A stretch of DNA of 64,000 bases from contig MTMD02000002.1 in assembly GCA_002010065.2 (NCBI GenBank), positions 288,001-352,000 of the forward strand, written 5' to 3'. The notes below the pieces were generated by a model that was not told the origin of the DNA, did no database searches, and worked only from the letters and a program-made list of their open reading frames with translations. This document shows positions 1 to 8,960 of the stretch, one piece after another. Within the stretch, counting starts at the first letter, position 1, and each line of letters starts with the position of its first letter. A program made the position numbers and the translations under genes. The stretch is from Candidatus Pyrohabitans jungbluthii. GTDB taxonomy: Archaea > Hydrothermarchaeota > Hydrothermarchaeia > Hydrothermarchaeales > BMS3B.

Positions 1-249
1 GTCGGCCTTCTCCAGCACCTGCACCACCGCAGCTGGTATGTCCTGAATTTGAGGCGAGAAGCTGGACATACACCCAACGAAGTAGATTACCTCCGCCCGC
101 TTCCTGAACAGCCTTTTTGGAGGAGAGGGCATGAATTCAGCCCACATCGCGCGTTCGCTGTTTGGAAAGTTCGCCACGTTCTTGTTGTTCGCTATTGCCT
201 CGCGTATAAGCTCGAGGCTCTTCGGGTAGGCAACGCTAGGCTTTGGCAT
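1..249 (-). CDS. HdrD/GlpC-like CCG-domain Fe-S oxidoreductase, N-terminal part (runs off the window)
   Basis: Manual translation MPKPSVAYPKSLELIREAIANNKNVANFPNSERAMW...EVIYFVGCMSSFSPQIQDIPAAVVQVLEKAD; closely paralogous to the CCG region of 292..2331. Confidence 0.8.
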   Translation of the reverse strand, partial: MPKPSVAYPKSLELIREAIANNKNVANFPNSERAMWAEFMPSPPKRLFRKRAEVIYFVGCMSSFSPQIQDIPAAVVQVLEKAD

Positions 250-291
250 TACAAGCACCAGAGTAAGTGAGCAGTTTCACAAGGGCAAAGG

Positions 292-2331
292 CTACTCCAT
301 CGACTCCAGCACCAGCTCGGCGATGTCCTTAACCTCGTAGCGCTTGCCCTCATGCTTTTCAGCGGCTGACTTAATAACACGCTTGCACTGCTGGCACGCT
401 GTAGCGATGGTGTCTATGCCCACTTCATCAGCCTCGTGGATAATCTGCATTGACACCTTCTCAGTAATCTTCGGGTTGGCTATCTCCACGTCGCCACCGC
501 CACCGCAGCACAGCGCAAATTCGCGGTTGTTTGGAAATTCTCTGAACTCAACACCCGGTAGCGCATTTATTACCTCTCGGGGCTCATCGAAGACGCGGGA
601 GTTTCTGCCAAGGTCGCAGGGGTCATGGTAGGCGACGCTGAGGTTGAGGGGCTTCTTCAGCTTTAGTTTGCCTTCCTGAATCAGCCTGGCGATAAATTGC
701 GAGTGGTGCAGAAGCTCTACGCCCTCTATCTTCGGATACTCATGCGCAAATGTGTGGTAACAGCTTGGGCAGGAGAAGACGACGGTTTTCGCTCCTTTGG
801 CTTTTATCGCCTCGATGTTGTGCCTGATGTGCTCCTCTACCTCTTCCTTCATGCCCAGGATCATCAACGGGTAGCCGCAGCAGTACTCCTGCTCGCCCAG
901 GATGGTGAAGTCCACGCCCGCCTTCTCCAGCACCTGCACGAACGCCGCTGGTATATCCTGCACCTGCGGGGAGAAGCTCCCCACGCAGCCCACGAAGTAT
1001 ACCACCTCAGCTTTATCCTTCTGGTAATAATCCTCAGGCGGCTGGGGTATGAAGAAGTCTATCCACATCGCTCTATCGCTGTTGGGGAAGTTTGCCACGT
1101 TCTTCTCATTCACCACCGCTTCGCGAACCATATGGAACTTCTTTGGCAGAAGCCCACGGTGGTAGAGGTTGGCTCTAACGGCGATGCCCAGCTCACGGGT
1201 GTTTATGAACACTGGGCAAGCTTCGGCGCAGCGCGCGCAGAGGAGGCAGTTGTACACCTCGCTTTCAGACATGGCTTTGCCTTCTTTCTTCGCCCACAGC
1301 TTATCTGCGAAGTGCTCTGCCTTAATCTCCTGCTTTACGTGGGAGTTAATCGCGGCATAGCTCAGGTAGGTCTCCAGTTCAGGATCCGCTTTCGTTGCCT
1401 CGTAAACCTGGCAGTTGAAGGTGCATATCTGGCACTTGACGCATGCATCGAGCTGAATGAGCTGGCGGGAGGTGAAGTCTATCTCTGCTGGCTTGCCCTC
1501 AACGCCATGGTAGTCGTAGGGGAAGGCGTTGATAAGCATAACAAAAGGCGAGGTGAAAATATGCCACAGCTTCTTGTTGTAGGGGATACTGGCGAAGAGC
1601 GAAGTCAGAAGAAGCGCGGAGAGGACCCAGAGACCATCGTTAAACCCGCCAAGGAAGGGCAGGGCTTTGCTCAAGCCGTAGGCTATGAACCAGTGACGTG
1701 CGATTTCATCGGGCACATTATAAGCCTGAAGTGCCGCCGCCTCGCCGAGGAATCGGAAGATGAACCATCCGCCGAGGTTAATCACCGCAAGCTTGTCCAC
1801 CAGCGTTGTCTTTATCGGAAAAGCTTTCGCAACGAAGCGGCGGTATATCGCTATGAACTCACCCAGAAGCACCATCCCACCAAAGATTTCGTTAAGCAAT
1901 GCGTAAGTGGCATCTATAGCCTGGAAATTCGCCGGGTTGACCGTCGCAAGATAGTAGTAGTCCACGAAGGGCGCGAAGAAGAAGAGCAGAACCTCAGAAT
2001 AGCCATGAAGCTGCTCCACCCGCGTTGAACCCTTGATGTGATTTACTAAGATTATGCCCACGTAGCCGAAGATTATCAGAACCTTCATCAGCCAGCGCAG
2101 CTTGTCCTGCCTAAAAAGCCTGCGCTGCAGGAAGACCTCCATCACAAGCCGCTCTATTAGCGTAACAATATTCCGGCTGAAGATGTTGCGCACCGCCCAC
2201 TTAACACTTCCAGTGAGGGAATGCCTGCCCTTGAGCCAGAGCGCTATGTTCCACGCCACGCCTATGAGCATTATCGCCGTGCCTATGATGAAGAGCACCA
2301 CGAAGAGGGGTAGTCCACCGAGCATTATCAT
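292..2331 (-). CDS. Membrane-bound heterodisulfide-reductase-like fusion (NarI/HdrE-like membrane domain, 2x[4Fe-4S], CCG domains)
   Basis: Hydrophobic N-terminal half; CVKCQICTFNC and CLLCARCAEACP; YFVGC, CCG, CPSC, YHDPCDLGR, CCGGGG, ACQQC. Confidence 0.85.
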   Translation of the reverse strand: MIMLGGLPLFVVLFIIGTAIMLIGVAWNIALWLKGRHSLTGSVKWAVRNIFSRNIVTLIERLVMEVFLQRRLFRQDKLRWLMKVLIIFGYVGIILVNHIKGSTRVEQLHGYSEVLLFFFAPFVDYYYLATVNPANFQAIDATYALLNEIFGGMVLLGEFIAIYRRFVAKAFPIKTTLVDKLAVINLGGWFIFRFLGEAAALQAYNVPDEIARHWFIAYGLSKALPFLGGFNDGLWVLSALLLTSLFASIPYNKKLWHIFTSPFVMLINAFPYDYHGVEGKPAEIDFTSRQLIQLDACVKCQICTFNCQVYEATKADPELETYLSYAAINSHVKQEIKAEHFADKLWAKKEGKAMSESEVYNCLLCARCAEACPVFINTRELGIAVRANLYHRGLLPKKFHMVREAVVNEKNVANFPNSDRAMWIDFFIPQPPEDYYQKDKAEVVYFVGCVGSFSPQVQDIPAAFVQVLEKAGVDFTILGEQEYCCGYPLMILGMKEEVEEHIRHNIEAIKAKGAKTVVFSCPSCYHTFAHEYPKIEGVELLHHSQFIARLIQEGKLKLKKPLNLSVAYHDPCDLGRNSRVFDEPREVINALPGVEFREFPNNREFALCCGGGGDVEIANPKITEKVSMQIIHEADEVGIDTIATACQQCKRVIKSAAEKHEGKRYEVKDIAELVLESME

Positions 2332-2483
2332 AGTGCCACCACCTTAAGCTGGGTAATTCTAAGTGATTGTGATAACCTTTATAAAATTTGCTATTATTAA
2401 TTATGATAGATTTTAGTTGAAAGCAGTTAAATTATTTTGACACCTAACCAAAACATATATATCCTTCCTTCGCGGAAAGGTAT

Positions 2484-2840
2484 ATGGGGATTAAAATGCC
2501 AAAGATGAGGTTTCTTGTGATTCAAAAACCAAAGGATGAGGTGGTGGGAACGACCCCGCCAGGGGAGATGATAGAGCACGTGCTGAGGCACATAGAGTAC
2601 TTCCGCGAGCTAAAGGAGAAGGGCATAGTTATTGAAGAGGGAGCCTTCGCAGGTGTCAGGGGAGGCTTTGGAATCTTTGAGGTGGAGAGCCTGGAGGAGC
2701 TGAACAGCATACTCAACCACGCGCCGGCGATGCCGTATATGCACACTGAGATTTATCCCCTCGTGAGCCGCGATACCCGCGTTAAGCAGCTTGAGGAGCA
2801 GCTCCGAAAGCTGAGGCAGAAGCTGGAGGTGTACGCGTAG
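2484..2840 (+). CDS. Muconolactone-isomerase/YCII-like dimeric alpha-beta barrel protein
   Basis: GGFGIFEVESLEEL...P...EIYPL pattern; start could be 2496 or 2505. Confidence 0.5.
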   Translation: MGIKMPKMRFLVIQKPKDEVVGTTPPGEMIEHVLRHIEYFRELKEKGIVIEEGAFAGVRGGFGIFEVESLEELNSILNHAPAMPYMHTEIYPLVSRDTRVKQLEEQLRKLRQKLEVYA

Positions 2841-2889
2841 CTTTTCAACTTTTTTCTTGTCACCCACGCCTTTTAAATCAGGTGATATA

Positions 2890-3495
2890 TTGAGGATAAG
2901 GTACTGTGCTTTCTGCGGTAGCAGGCTTAGGGATAACTCCAGATTCTGCCCCTCCTGCGGCGCTGACATGGCGCCCTTCTATGCGCTGGTAGATGCGAGT
3001 AGCTTTGCCGGCGAACTTAAGCGGATGATGAGTGAGATTATAGATGCCAACGCTAAGGCTTTAGAAGAGCTTGCGAGGCAGATGGAGCGCGGCGAAGGCG
3101 GTGTGTTCTTCTCTGTGGAGATGCAGGGGGGGAAGCCACCAATTATCCGCACCGGCAAGCCAGAGGATTTGAAGAAGATACTCAACGAGATCCCTCTGCC
3201 AGATTTTGTGAAGGAGATGTTCAGCTCCGGCGAAAGCTACGAGGCGGAGTTTAAGGAAGCCAGGGTGGAGAGGCGCCAGTACGCGAGGGGTGAGGTTATC
3301 CTGGTGGAGATGCCGGGCATCGCAAGCATAGACGACGTTGAGGTGGTGAAGAAGCAGAGCAACTTGGAAATTGCGGGCAAAGCAGGGAGAGTGGTGTACT
3401 TCGCCCAGGTTCCCCTGGAGGAGAACTCCACCGTCGTAGAGACATCGCTCAGCGACGGCGTGCTCAGGGTTGTGGTGGATAGAAGCAGACCTTGA
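2890..3495 (+). CDS. Zinc-ribbon protein with C-terminal Hsp20-like domain
   Basis: CAFCG...FCPSCG; C-terminal VEMPGI...DGVLRV; TTG start after GGTGA. Confidence 0.6.
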   Translation: MRIRYCAFCGSRLRDNSRFCPSCGADMAPFYALVDASSFAGELKRMMSEIIDANAKALEELARQMERGEGGVFFSVEMQGGKPPIIRTGKPEDLKKILNEIPLPDFVKEMFSSGESYEAEFKEARVERRQYARGEVILVEMPGIASIDDVEVVKKQSNLEIAGKAGRVVYFAQVPLEENSTVVETSLSDGVLRVVVDRSRP

Positions 3496-3496
3496 A

Positions 3497-4738
3497 TTAA
3501 GCTTTAAACCAATCAGATACTTTCTCTTGTGGAAAGAAATTATCTCCTGAAACAATAATGTGTAGTCTTGTATATACACCTCTCGGGACAGATAGAGCCC
3601 CAATACTATTTAATCTTTCACTTGGTTTCAAATTATAAGTTTTTTCTCTAGTCTGGGAATACACTTTGCCTTCTTCTGTTGTATCGAATCCTGCCCAAAT
3701 TTTCAGATTTTCAGCAGTTGCAGAACCTTCATTCTTAACGGTTATATTTATCTCGTAAGTAACATAAAATGGGCTTGAATTAACACTTCTAGATGTAAAT
3801 TCTACGGTTATAATAGGCTTTGGAATAAAGTGCCTTAATATTGCCTCAGTTCCTGTATATTCATCTGGTATCTCGCCGATCTCCCAACCTTCTCCTGTGG
3901 TTTCTATGTAGCAAAAACTATTACCATTACTATCCTCATAAGTGCCTTCTTCGCATTTAACCCCAACTGCCATATGGTTTGGGAATTCCAGCAAAACAGC
4001 ATCATACCCTAATTCATTAATTAAAACAGCTGTCAAAATTGATAAATCTTCACAGTCACCACCTTTGTCTACTAATGTTTCTATCGGGTATCTGGGATAT
4101 TCATCGAAAGGTGTTGTGATGTTATCAGATGTATAAGGCAAACTTTGGACAAAACTAATAACAAAATTTACAGTTTCATATTCATCAAATCCGTTTCTTT
4201 TTGAGACGTTTTTAAACAAATTTGCAAGTTGTGAGATTAGTCTATCGTCATAGGGGTCAGTAGCATAAATTGAATAATCTCCCGTCGGTGGACGTGGCTT
4301 ATTTTTATAATACTCATATAGTGTTTTAGGAAATATTAGGTTCCAGGCATATTGATTTCCTTTGAAATTCCATTTATATTCTCTTAGAATGTAATTTTGT
4401 GTCTCATTTGGTGGAATACAAAATAGCTCTTCTACCCTTGAAGCACACTGATAGTTAGTAGAAACATCGCAATAGTATATTGTTCTACTTTGCTTGAAAT
4501 TTGTACAATTGTTCCATGAAGATGGTTCTGGGCACTGAGGACAAAATTTTACATCCGTTTCTTTTACACTAAAATCTGCGTTATCTGTTGGGATAAATGT
4601 GTATGTAAGAAACCCTAAAAATAATAAGAAGTTGAATTCATAAATAAGAAATTTCACAAGATAATCGTTAATCTTGTTGGATCCATTAGAAATGGATTTA
4701 TTTAGGTTAGAGATCCTGGTGAGAATGTTAAATATCAA
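3497..4738 (-). CDS. Membrane-anchored transglutaminase-like (Cys-His) protein with Ig/CARDB-like C-terminus, in low-GC DNA
   Basis: PIETLVDKGGDCED...NHMAVG...YIETT; VKNEGSATA; sequence visibly AT-rich; start uncertain. Confidence 0.7.
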   Translation of the reverse strand: MIFNILTRISNLNKSISNGSNKINDYLVKFLIYEFNFLLFLGFLTYTFIPTDNADFSVKETDVKFCPQCPEPSSWNNCTNFKQSRTIYYCDVSTNYQCASRVEELFCIPPNETQNYILREYKWNFKGNQYAWNLIFPKTLYEYYKNKPRPPTGDYSIYATDPYDDRLISQLANLFKNVSKRNGFDEYETVNFVISFVQSLPYTSDNITTPFDEYPRYPIETLVDKGGDCEDLSILTAVLINELGYDAVLLEFPNHMAVGVKCEEGTYEDSNGNSFCYIETTGEGWEIGEIPDEYTGTEAILRHFIPKPIITVEFTSRSVNSSPFYVTYEINITVKNEGSATAENLKIWAGFDTTEEGKVYSQTREKTYNLKPSERLNSIGALSVPRGVYTRLHIIVSGDNFFPQEKVSDWFKA

Positions 4739-4970
4739 ATCGGGCCCCCCAAATCATACAATTAATGTTTTATTTGTTCTATTTAAAATATAACTTTTAC
4801 AATGCGATGCGACATCCGAAAAATAAGTTATATCTGCTGATGACGGCAAATAGCTAAATTTTCACCTAAATTTTTATATTTCATGAAATGAGAGCAATGT
4901 GAAAATTTTAAAAAGAGACAATTAAACAATTTGCTGAATAAACGCCTATATCCTTTTTGCTTTTTTGGTA

Positions 4971-5903
4971 TCAAAAATTATACTTGTGCACACAATCCTC
5001 GGCTCTTATTCTGTCGTAATCGCGAGCCATCGCAGGCGTTAGCCAGGGCTTTACGCTTTTCATGGCGTAGCGTATGTCCTCCATGGTTACAATTACGCCG
5101 TCGCCTGAGGCGCGCTGAATCGCCATAAGCTTGGCTTTGCGCGCCAGGCTCTCCAAGTCCCAGCCCACGTAGTACTCCGTCTCTTCTGCAAGCTTCTCCA
5201 GGCTTACATCCTCAGCAAGGGCGACGCCAGAGAAGTAGTACTTCAGTATTGCTAGGCGGTCTTCATAGCTCGGGCGGGGCACGTATATCTTCCTGCCCAG
5301 CATTGAGGTGCGCGTAAACGCCTGGTCAAGCACGTCTATACGGTAGCAGCTCGCCGCGACAAAAATCTCGGGGTCGTACGCGACGCTCGCAATTTCCTCA
5401 TGCACAGCGCGGTGCACTTCCGGCGTTCCGAGCTTATCAGGCTTTCCGTAGGTTGAGCCGTCGCTCCACTCATAGTTAGCGTCCCTGCGGGGAGCTAACC
5501 AGTCCAGGTCCATAAGGTGCACCAGCACCGGCTTATGCTCCCGCGCCCACTCGAAGGCTCTGCGGATAACCTCCTCCTGTGCGGTGCATTCGCGACCTCG
5601 TATGATTAGGTAATTAACACCAGCCTCTTTAGCGCTGGCCTCTATAAGGTGCCCTCTGCCTGTGCCCAGAGGTCCCCACACTATAACGCCAGTGGGAGGC
5701 TGGATTCCTGCCTTTTTCAGAGCTTCGCCGTACTTAAGCGGCGTAACCACAATATCGCGGAACCTCTCCTTTACCTCATCGTAGCCCGCGATCTGCTCAA
5801 AGCTGAAGCGTGGCTCGAGAACATCGAGGTAAACCTCAAAATACTCCTCGATGCTTTTTTTAGAAGAGCCCTCAATATCCTCGTAGCTCATCCGCTTGGT
5901 CAT
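4971..5903 (-). CDS. Cdc48/FtsH-clade AAA+ domain protein with degenerate Walker motifs
   Basis: FEQIAGYDEVK, GVIVWGPLGTGRG, LMDLDWLAPRR, lid GWDLESLARKA. Confidence 0.8.
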   Translation of the reverse strand: MTKRMSYEDIEGSSKKSIEEYFEVYLDVLEPRFSFEQIAGYDEVKERFRDIVVTPLKYGEALKKAGIQPPTGVIVWGPLGTGRGHLIEASAKEAGVNYLIIRGRECTAQEEVIRRAFEWAREHKPVLVHLMDLDWLAPRRDANYEWSDGSTYGKPDKLGTPEVHRAVHEEIASVAYDPEIFVAASCYRIDVLDQAFTRTSMLGRKIYVPRPSYEDRLAILKYYFSGVALAEDVSLEKLAEETEYYVGWDLESLARKAKLMAIQRASGDGVIVTMEDIRYAMKSVKPWLTPAMARDYDRIRAEDCVHKYNF

Positions 5904-5912
5904 GTTCTCCCC

Positions 5913-6782
5913 CTAATACATGTAGCGGTGCTTGCACTCCTCTTTATAAATATCGTCATAGCGGCGCAGCATCTCCGGCGTAAGCTCAGGGGTTATGCGC
6001 TCAAGTGCTTGCAAAAAATGCCTGAGCTTAACGCTGCTGAAGTTGTTTTTCTCCTCCTTTATTGCCATGAGCGTCGCCTGCCTTGGCAAGGAAAACAGCT
6101 GGGAAGGCGTGTGGTAGGCTGTTGCTTCAGCGAGCTTCTCCAGCGAGACGTCCTCGCCTAAGGGCACGTCGCTGAGCACCCTCTTGAGAATCTCAAGCCT
6201 GTCCTCAAACGCTGCGGGGGGCACGTATATCTTGCGGTCTATCCTGCCGTTGCGCAGCAGCGCCGGGTCGAGAATATCCACACGGGAGCTTGATACGAGT
6301 ATCTTAACGTCGTCGCGGTCGGCAAGCTCATCCACGCACTTAAAAAGCAAACGCGTCGCCTCGCGAGAGGCGAACACAGGTGGAGGAGGCAGAAGTGCTG
6401 ACTCAGCCTCGCGGCGCGGCGCTAAAATTTCCACCTCGCTTATGAACACCAAGCTTGGCGCCAGTTCGCGAGCAGCGTCGAAGAGGTGCTCAATGCTGTG
6501 CTCCTCCTCCACTAGGTTCTTCGCCTGCGCCGATAATAGCGTTACGCCCGCCTCCTTGGCGCTCGCCTCGGCAAATGTAGCAAAGCTGTTGGGTGGACCC
6601 CACATGAGTATGCCCCTCGGAGGGCGAAGACCGGCTTGTTTAAACGTCTCCGGGTGCTTCAGCGGGAGCACCACCATCTCCTCGAGGCGCTCCTTCACCT
6701 CCCAGAAGCCAGCTATTTCTTCAAAGCCAACCTCAGGCTCCTTAACCTTGAAGTACTGCCCTGGCTCAAGAACCTCGCACAT
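5913..6782 (-). CDS. Cdc48/FtsH-clade AAA+ domain protein with degenerate Walker motifs
   Basis: GILMWGPPNSFAT, FISEVEILAPRR, LDPALLRNGRIDRKIYV. Confidence 0.8.
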   Translation of the reverse strand: MCEVLEPGQYFKVKEPEVGFEEIAGFWEVKERLEEMVVLPLKHPETFKQAGLRPPRGILMWGPPNSFATFAEASAKEAGVTLLSAQAKNLVEEEHSIEHLFDAARELAPSLVFISEVEILAPRREAESALLPPPPVFASREATRLLFKCVDELADRDDVKILVSSSRVDILDPALLRNGRIDRKIYVPPAAFEDRLEILKRVLSDVPLGEDVSLEKLAEATAYHTPSQLFSLPRQATLMAIKEEKNNFSSVKLRHFLQALERITPELTPEMLRRYDDIYKEECKHRYMY

Positions 6783-6783
6783 G

Positions 6784-7854
6784 TTACCTTGCTCCCATCT
6801 TCTTTCCTGCGTTAACCATAACCTTAAGGTTTTCTATGGGCGTGCCCGCGTGCAAGCCACAGCTGGAGGAGACTATGTAACCCTCGCTGCCCGCGCTGGT
6901 TATGCATTTCTCAACATTACCCTCGATCTCGGCGCGGGTGCCTCGATAGATGGTGTCCACAGAGACGTTTCCGAATAGCGCTACGCGGTTACCAACACGG
7001 CGCTTGGCATCGCGCAGGTCAACGCTCTCGTCAACGCTCAAGCAAGAGGCCCCTGTTTTTGCAAGGTCTTCCAGTATTGGTGTGGTGTCACCGCAGATGT
7101 GGATTATAACTTCGCCTCCATACTTGCGCAGCGCAGAGCAAACCTTCTTCTCGTAGGGGTAGGCGAACTCGCGGTAGTGCACAGGCGATATTACCTGGGC
7201 CGCAGCGCTCGGGTCTTCCATCATTATCCCGTGCGTGCCCAAGTCGATCTGTCTCTTACCTATCTCAATCGCCACCTCAGTCATAAACTCAAGCAAGCGG
7301 TGAACCTCTCTAGGCTGGGTTATCATGTCCAGCATGAAGTTCTCCATGCCGCGCATCCACTCTGCGGCGTAGTGAAAGGGCGCTGGAACCTTGCTGCATA
7401 TGTAGACTTCGCCCTTTGTCTTTTCGAGCAAAGCCTTAAGCGGCTCCCACCTCTCGGGCTTATCCAGGTCTGGCATCTCCAGCTTGTCCAGCTCATCGTA
7501 GCTTTTAAGCGCCGGCTCCTTAACCGCGGGTCCACCCTCCAGGGGTATCTTCAGGGTAGTGCCCAGCTCAGTAGGGAGCACCACAAAGCCATTCTCCACC
7601 CGCATTGCTCGCCTTTCCTCTCTTGTAATCCCCTGGATGGGCTGGTGGTTGAATATCCAGTCGTAGCCATAGAGGCGCCATGCCTTGAGCTGGCCCTTAA
7701 CGTAAAGCTTGTTGTCTGTGACGTACTCCCAGGGTTTAACCCCCAGCACACGGGAAGCGTGGGGCACATTTACCATCGGCGCTACTGGCACGCGGTCAGG
7801 CGTGCCGCGCTGCATGGCTTCGCGGAACCTCTTTAACGAGTTCACGCTTCCCAC
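6784..7854 (-). CDS. MtaA/CmuA (UroD-family) methylcobamide:thiol methyltransferase
   Basis: PDRVPVAP, IHICG zinc motif, SSSCG; start may be GTG at 7845. Confidence 0.85.
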   Translation of the reverse strand: MGSVNSLKRFREAMQRGTPDRVPVAPMVNVPHASRVLGVKPWEYVTDNKLYVKGQLKAWRLYGYDWIFNHQPIQGITREERRAMRVENGFVVLPTELGTTLKIPLEGGPAVKEPALKSYDELDKLEMPDLDKPERWEPLKALLEKTKGEVYICSKVPAPFHYAAEWMRGMENFMLDMITQPREVHRLLEFMTEVAIEIGKRQIDLGTHGIMMEDPSAAAQVISPVHYREFAYPYEKKVCSALRKYGGEVIIHICGDTTPILEDLAKTGASCLSVDESVDLRDAKRRVGNRVALFGNVSVDTIYRGTRAEIEGNVEKCITSAGSEGYIVSSSCGLHAGTPIENLKVMVNAGKKMGAR

Positions 7855-8479
7855 GCTCCTTCATAAGCTTCTCGCACAGCTTAACCGCTTTAGCGGCATC
7901 GCTTGCGTAGCCGTCGGCGCCAATCTCGCGGGCGTAACTTTCGCTCGCCGCCGCGCCGCCTATAATCACGAGCACATCATCGCGCAGTCCTGCCTCTTCC
8001 AGTGCTTCGATGACCTCCCGCATCTTGACTATCGTTGTTGACATCATCGCCGAAAGCCCGAGAATGTCTGGCTTGTACTTGCGTGTCTCCTCAACAAAAA
8101 CCTGCGTCGGCACATCTCTACCGAGATTCTTAACCTCGAAGCCAGCGCCTTCCAGGAACATGGACACGAGGTTCTTGCCTATATCGTGCACATCGCCGGC
8201 GACGGTGCCAATGAGCACCTTACCTTGAACCTCGACTTTATCGTAGTTGAGCAGGGGGCGAATAATGTCCAAACCTCGCTGCATCGCGTGCGCACTGAGC
8301 AGCGTCTCAGGTACATAGTAAACCCTGCGCTCAAAGAGGTCGCTGACCACCTCCATGCCTGAGATCATGTCTTTTAGGATGTCGTTCGCAGCTTCGCCGT
8401 GTTCAAGGGCAGCGTTGACAAGCTCCTCAATTTCGTATATTTTCCCTTCAATTACCGCCTTCTTTATCTCTTCGCCCAT
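7796..8479 (-). CDS. Corrinoid protein (MtaC/MtbC family)
   Basis: GDVHDIGKNLV B12-binding motif, LSAMM, IIGGA, GADGYA. Confidence 0.92.
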   Translation of the reverse strand: MGEEIKKAVIEGKIYEIEELVNAALEHGEAANDILKDMISGMEVVSDLFERRVYYVPETLLSAHAMQRGLDIIRPLLNYDKVEVQGKVLIGTVAGDVHDIGKNLVSMFLEGAGFEVKNLGRDVPTQVFVEETRKYKPDILGLSAMMSTTIVKMREVIEALEEAGLRDDVLVIIGGAAASESYAREIGADGYASDAAKAVKLCEKLMKERGKRELVKEVPRSHAARHA

Positions 8480-8529
8480 GTCGATAACCAGCAGAAAAGC
8501 TAACGTTTGGAATAGCTCTTAAAAGATGT

Positions 8530-8949
8530 TTAAGAAAATTTTAATTGTCTACCTTGCAGGATATGCTCCACCTCCACCCCGCGCTTCTCGAGCTCCTCGG
8601 CTATGAACCTGCGGTGGCAGTAGCGCGGGTTTTCTTCAAGGCACATTATCACCACCCTCCTAAGTCTAGCGCGTTCAATAAGCTCCTTCAGCCCGCGCTT
8701 AAATTCTTCCGTGGCAGTATAAGCGAGGTAGCTTGGTTTGCGGTAACCCCCCAGAGCCTTTAAGTGGTGGTAGGCGATGCCCGCACTTTCAAGGTGTTCC
8801 TTTAACTTCTCCTGCTTGAAATCCTCCTTCTTCGATGTGGGGAAGCTGCGTACATCGATGAGTTCCTCAATCCCGAGGCTTTTTAGGGTGCTGATAAAAT
8901 CGGAGATGCTCATCTTCGCATAGCCTATTGTAAACACCTTCATACTCAT
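8530..8949 (-). CDS. DUF488 family protein
   Basis: FTIGY, LIDVRSFP, MCLE..P..CHR. Confidence 0.85.
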   Translation of the reverse strand: MSMKVFTIGYAKMSISDFISTLKSLGIEELIDVRSFPTSKKEDFKQEKLKEHLESAGIAYHHLKALGGYRKPSYLAYTATEEFKRGLKELIERARLRRVVIMCLEENPRYCHRRFIAEELEKRGVEVEHILQGRQLKFS

Positions 8950-8960
8950 ACTCCGTCACC

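Noticed and set aside
697-2028. Long antisense ORFs (also 34455..35342, 48020..48826 and others)
   Set aside because: Shadow frames of well-supported genes, with no motifs
4971-5930. Proteasome-docking HbYX tails on the AAA pair
   Set aside because: The termini are YNF and YMY; the penultimate residue is not Tyr
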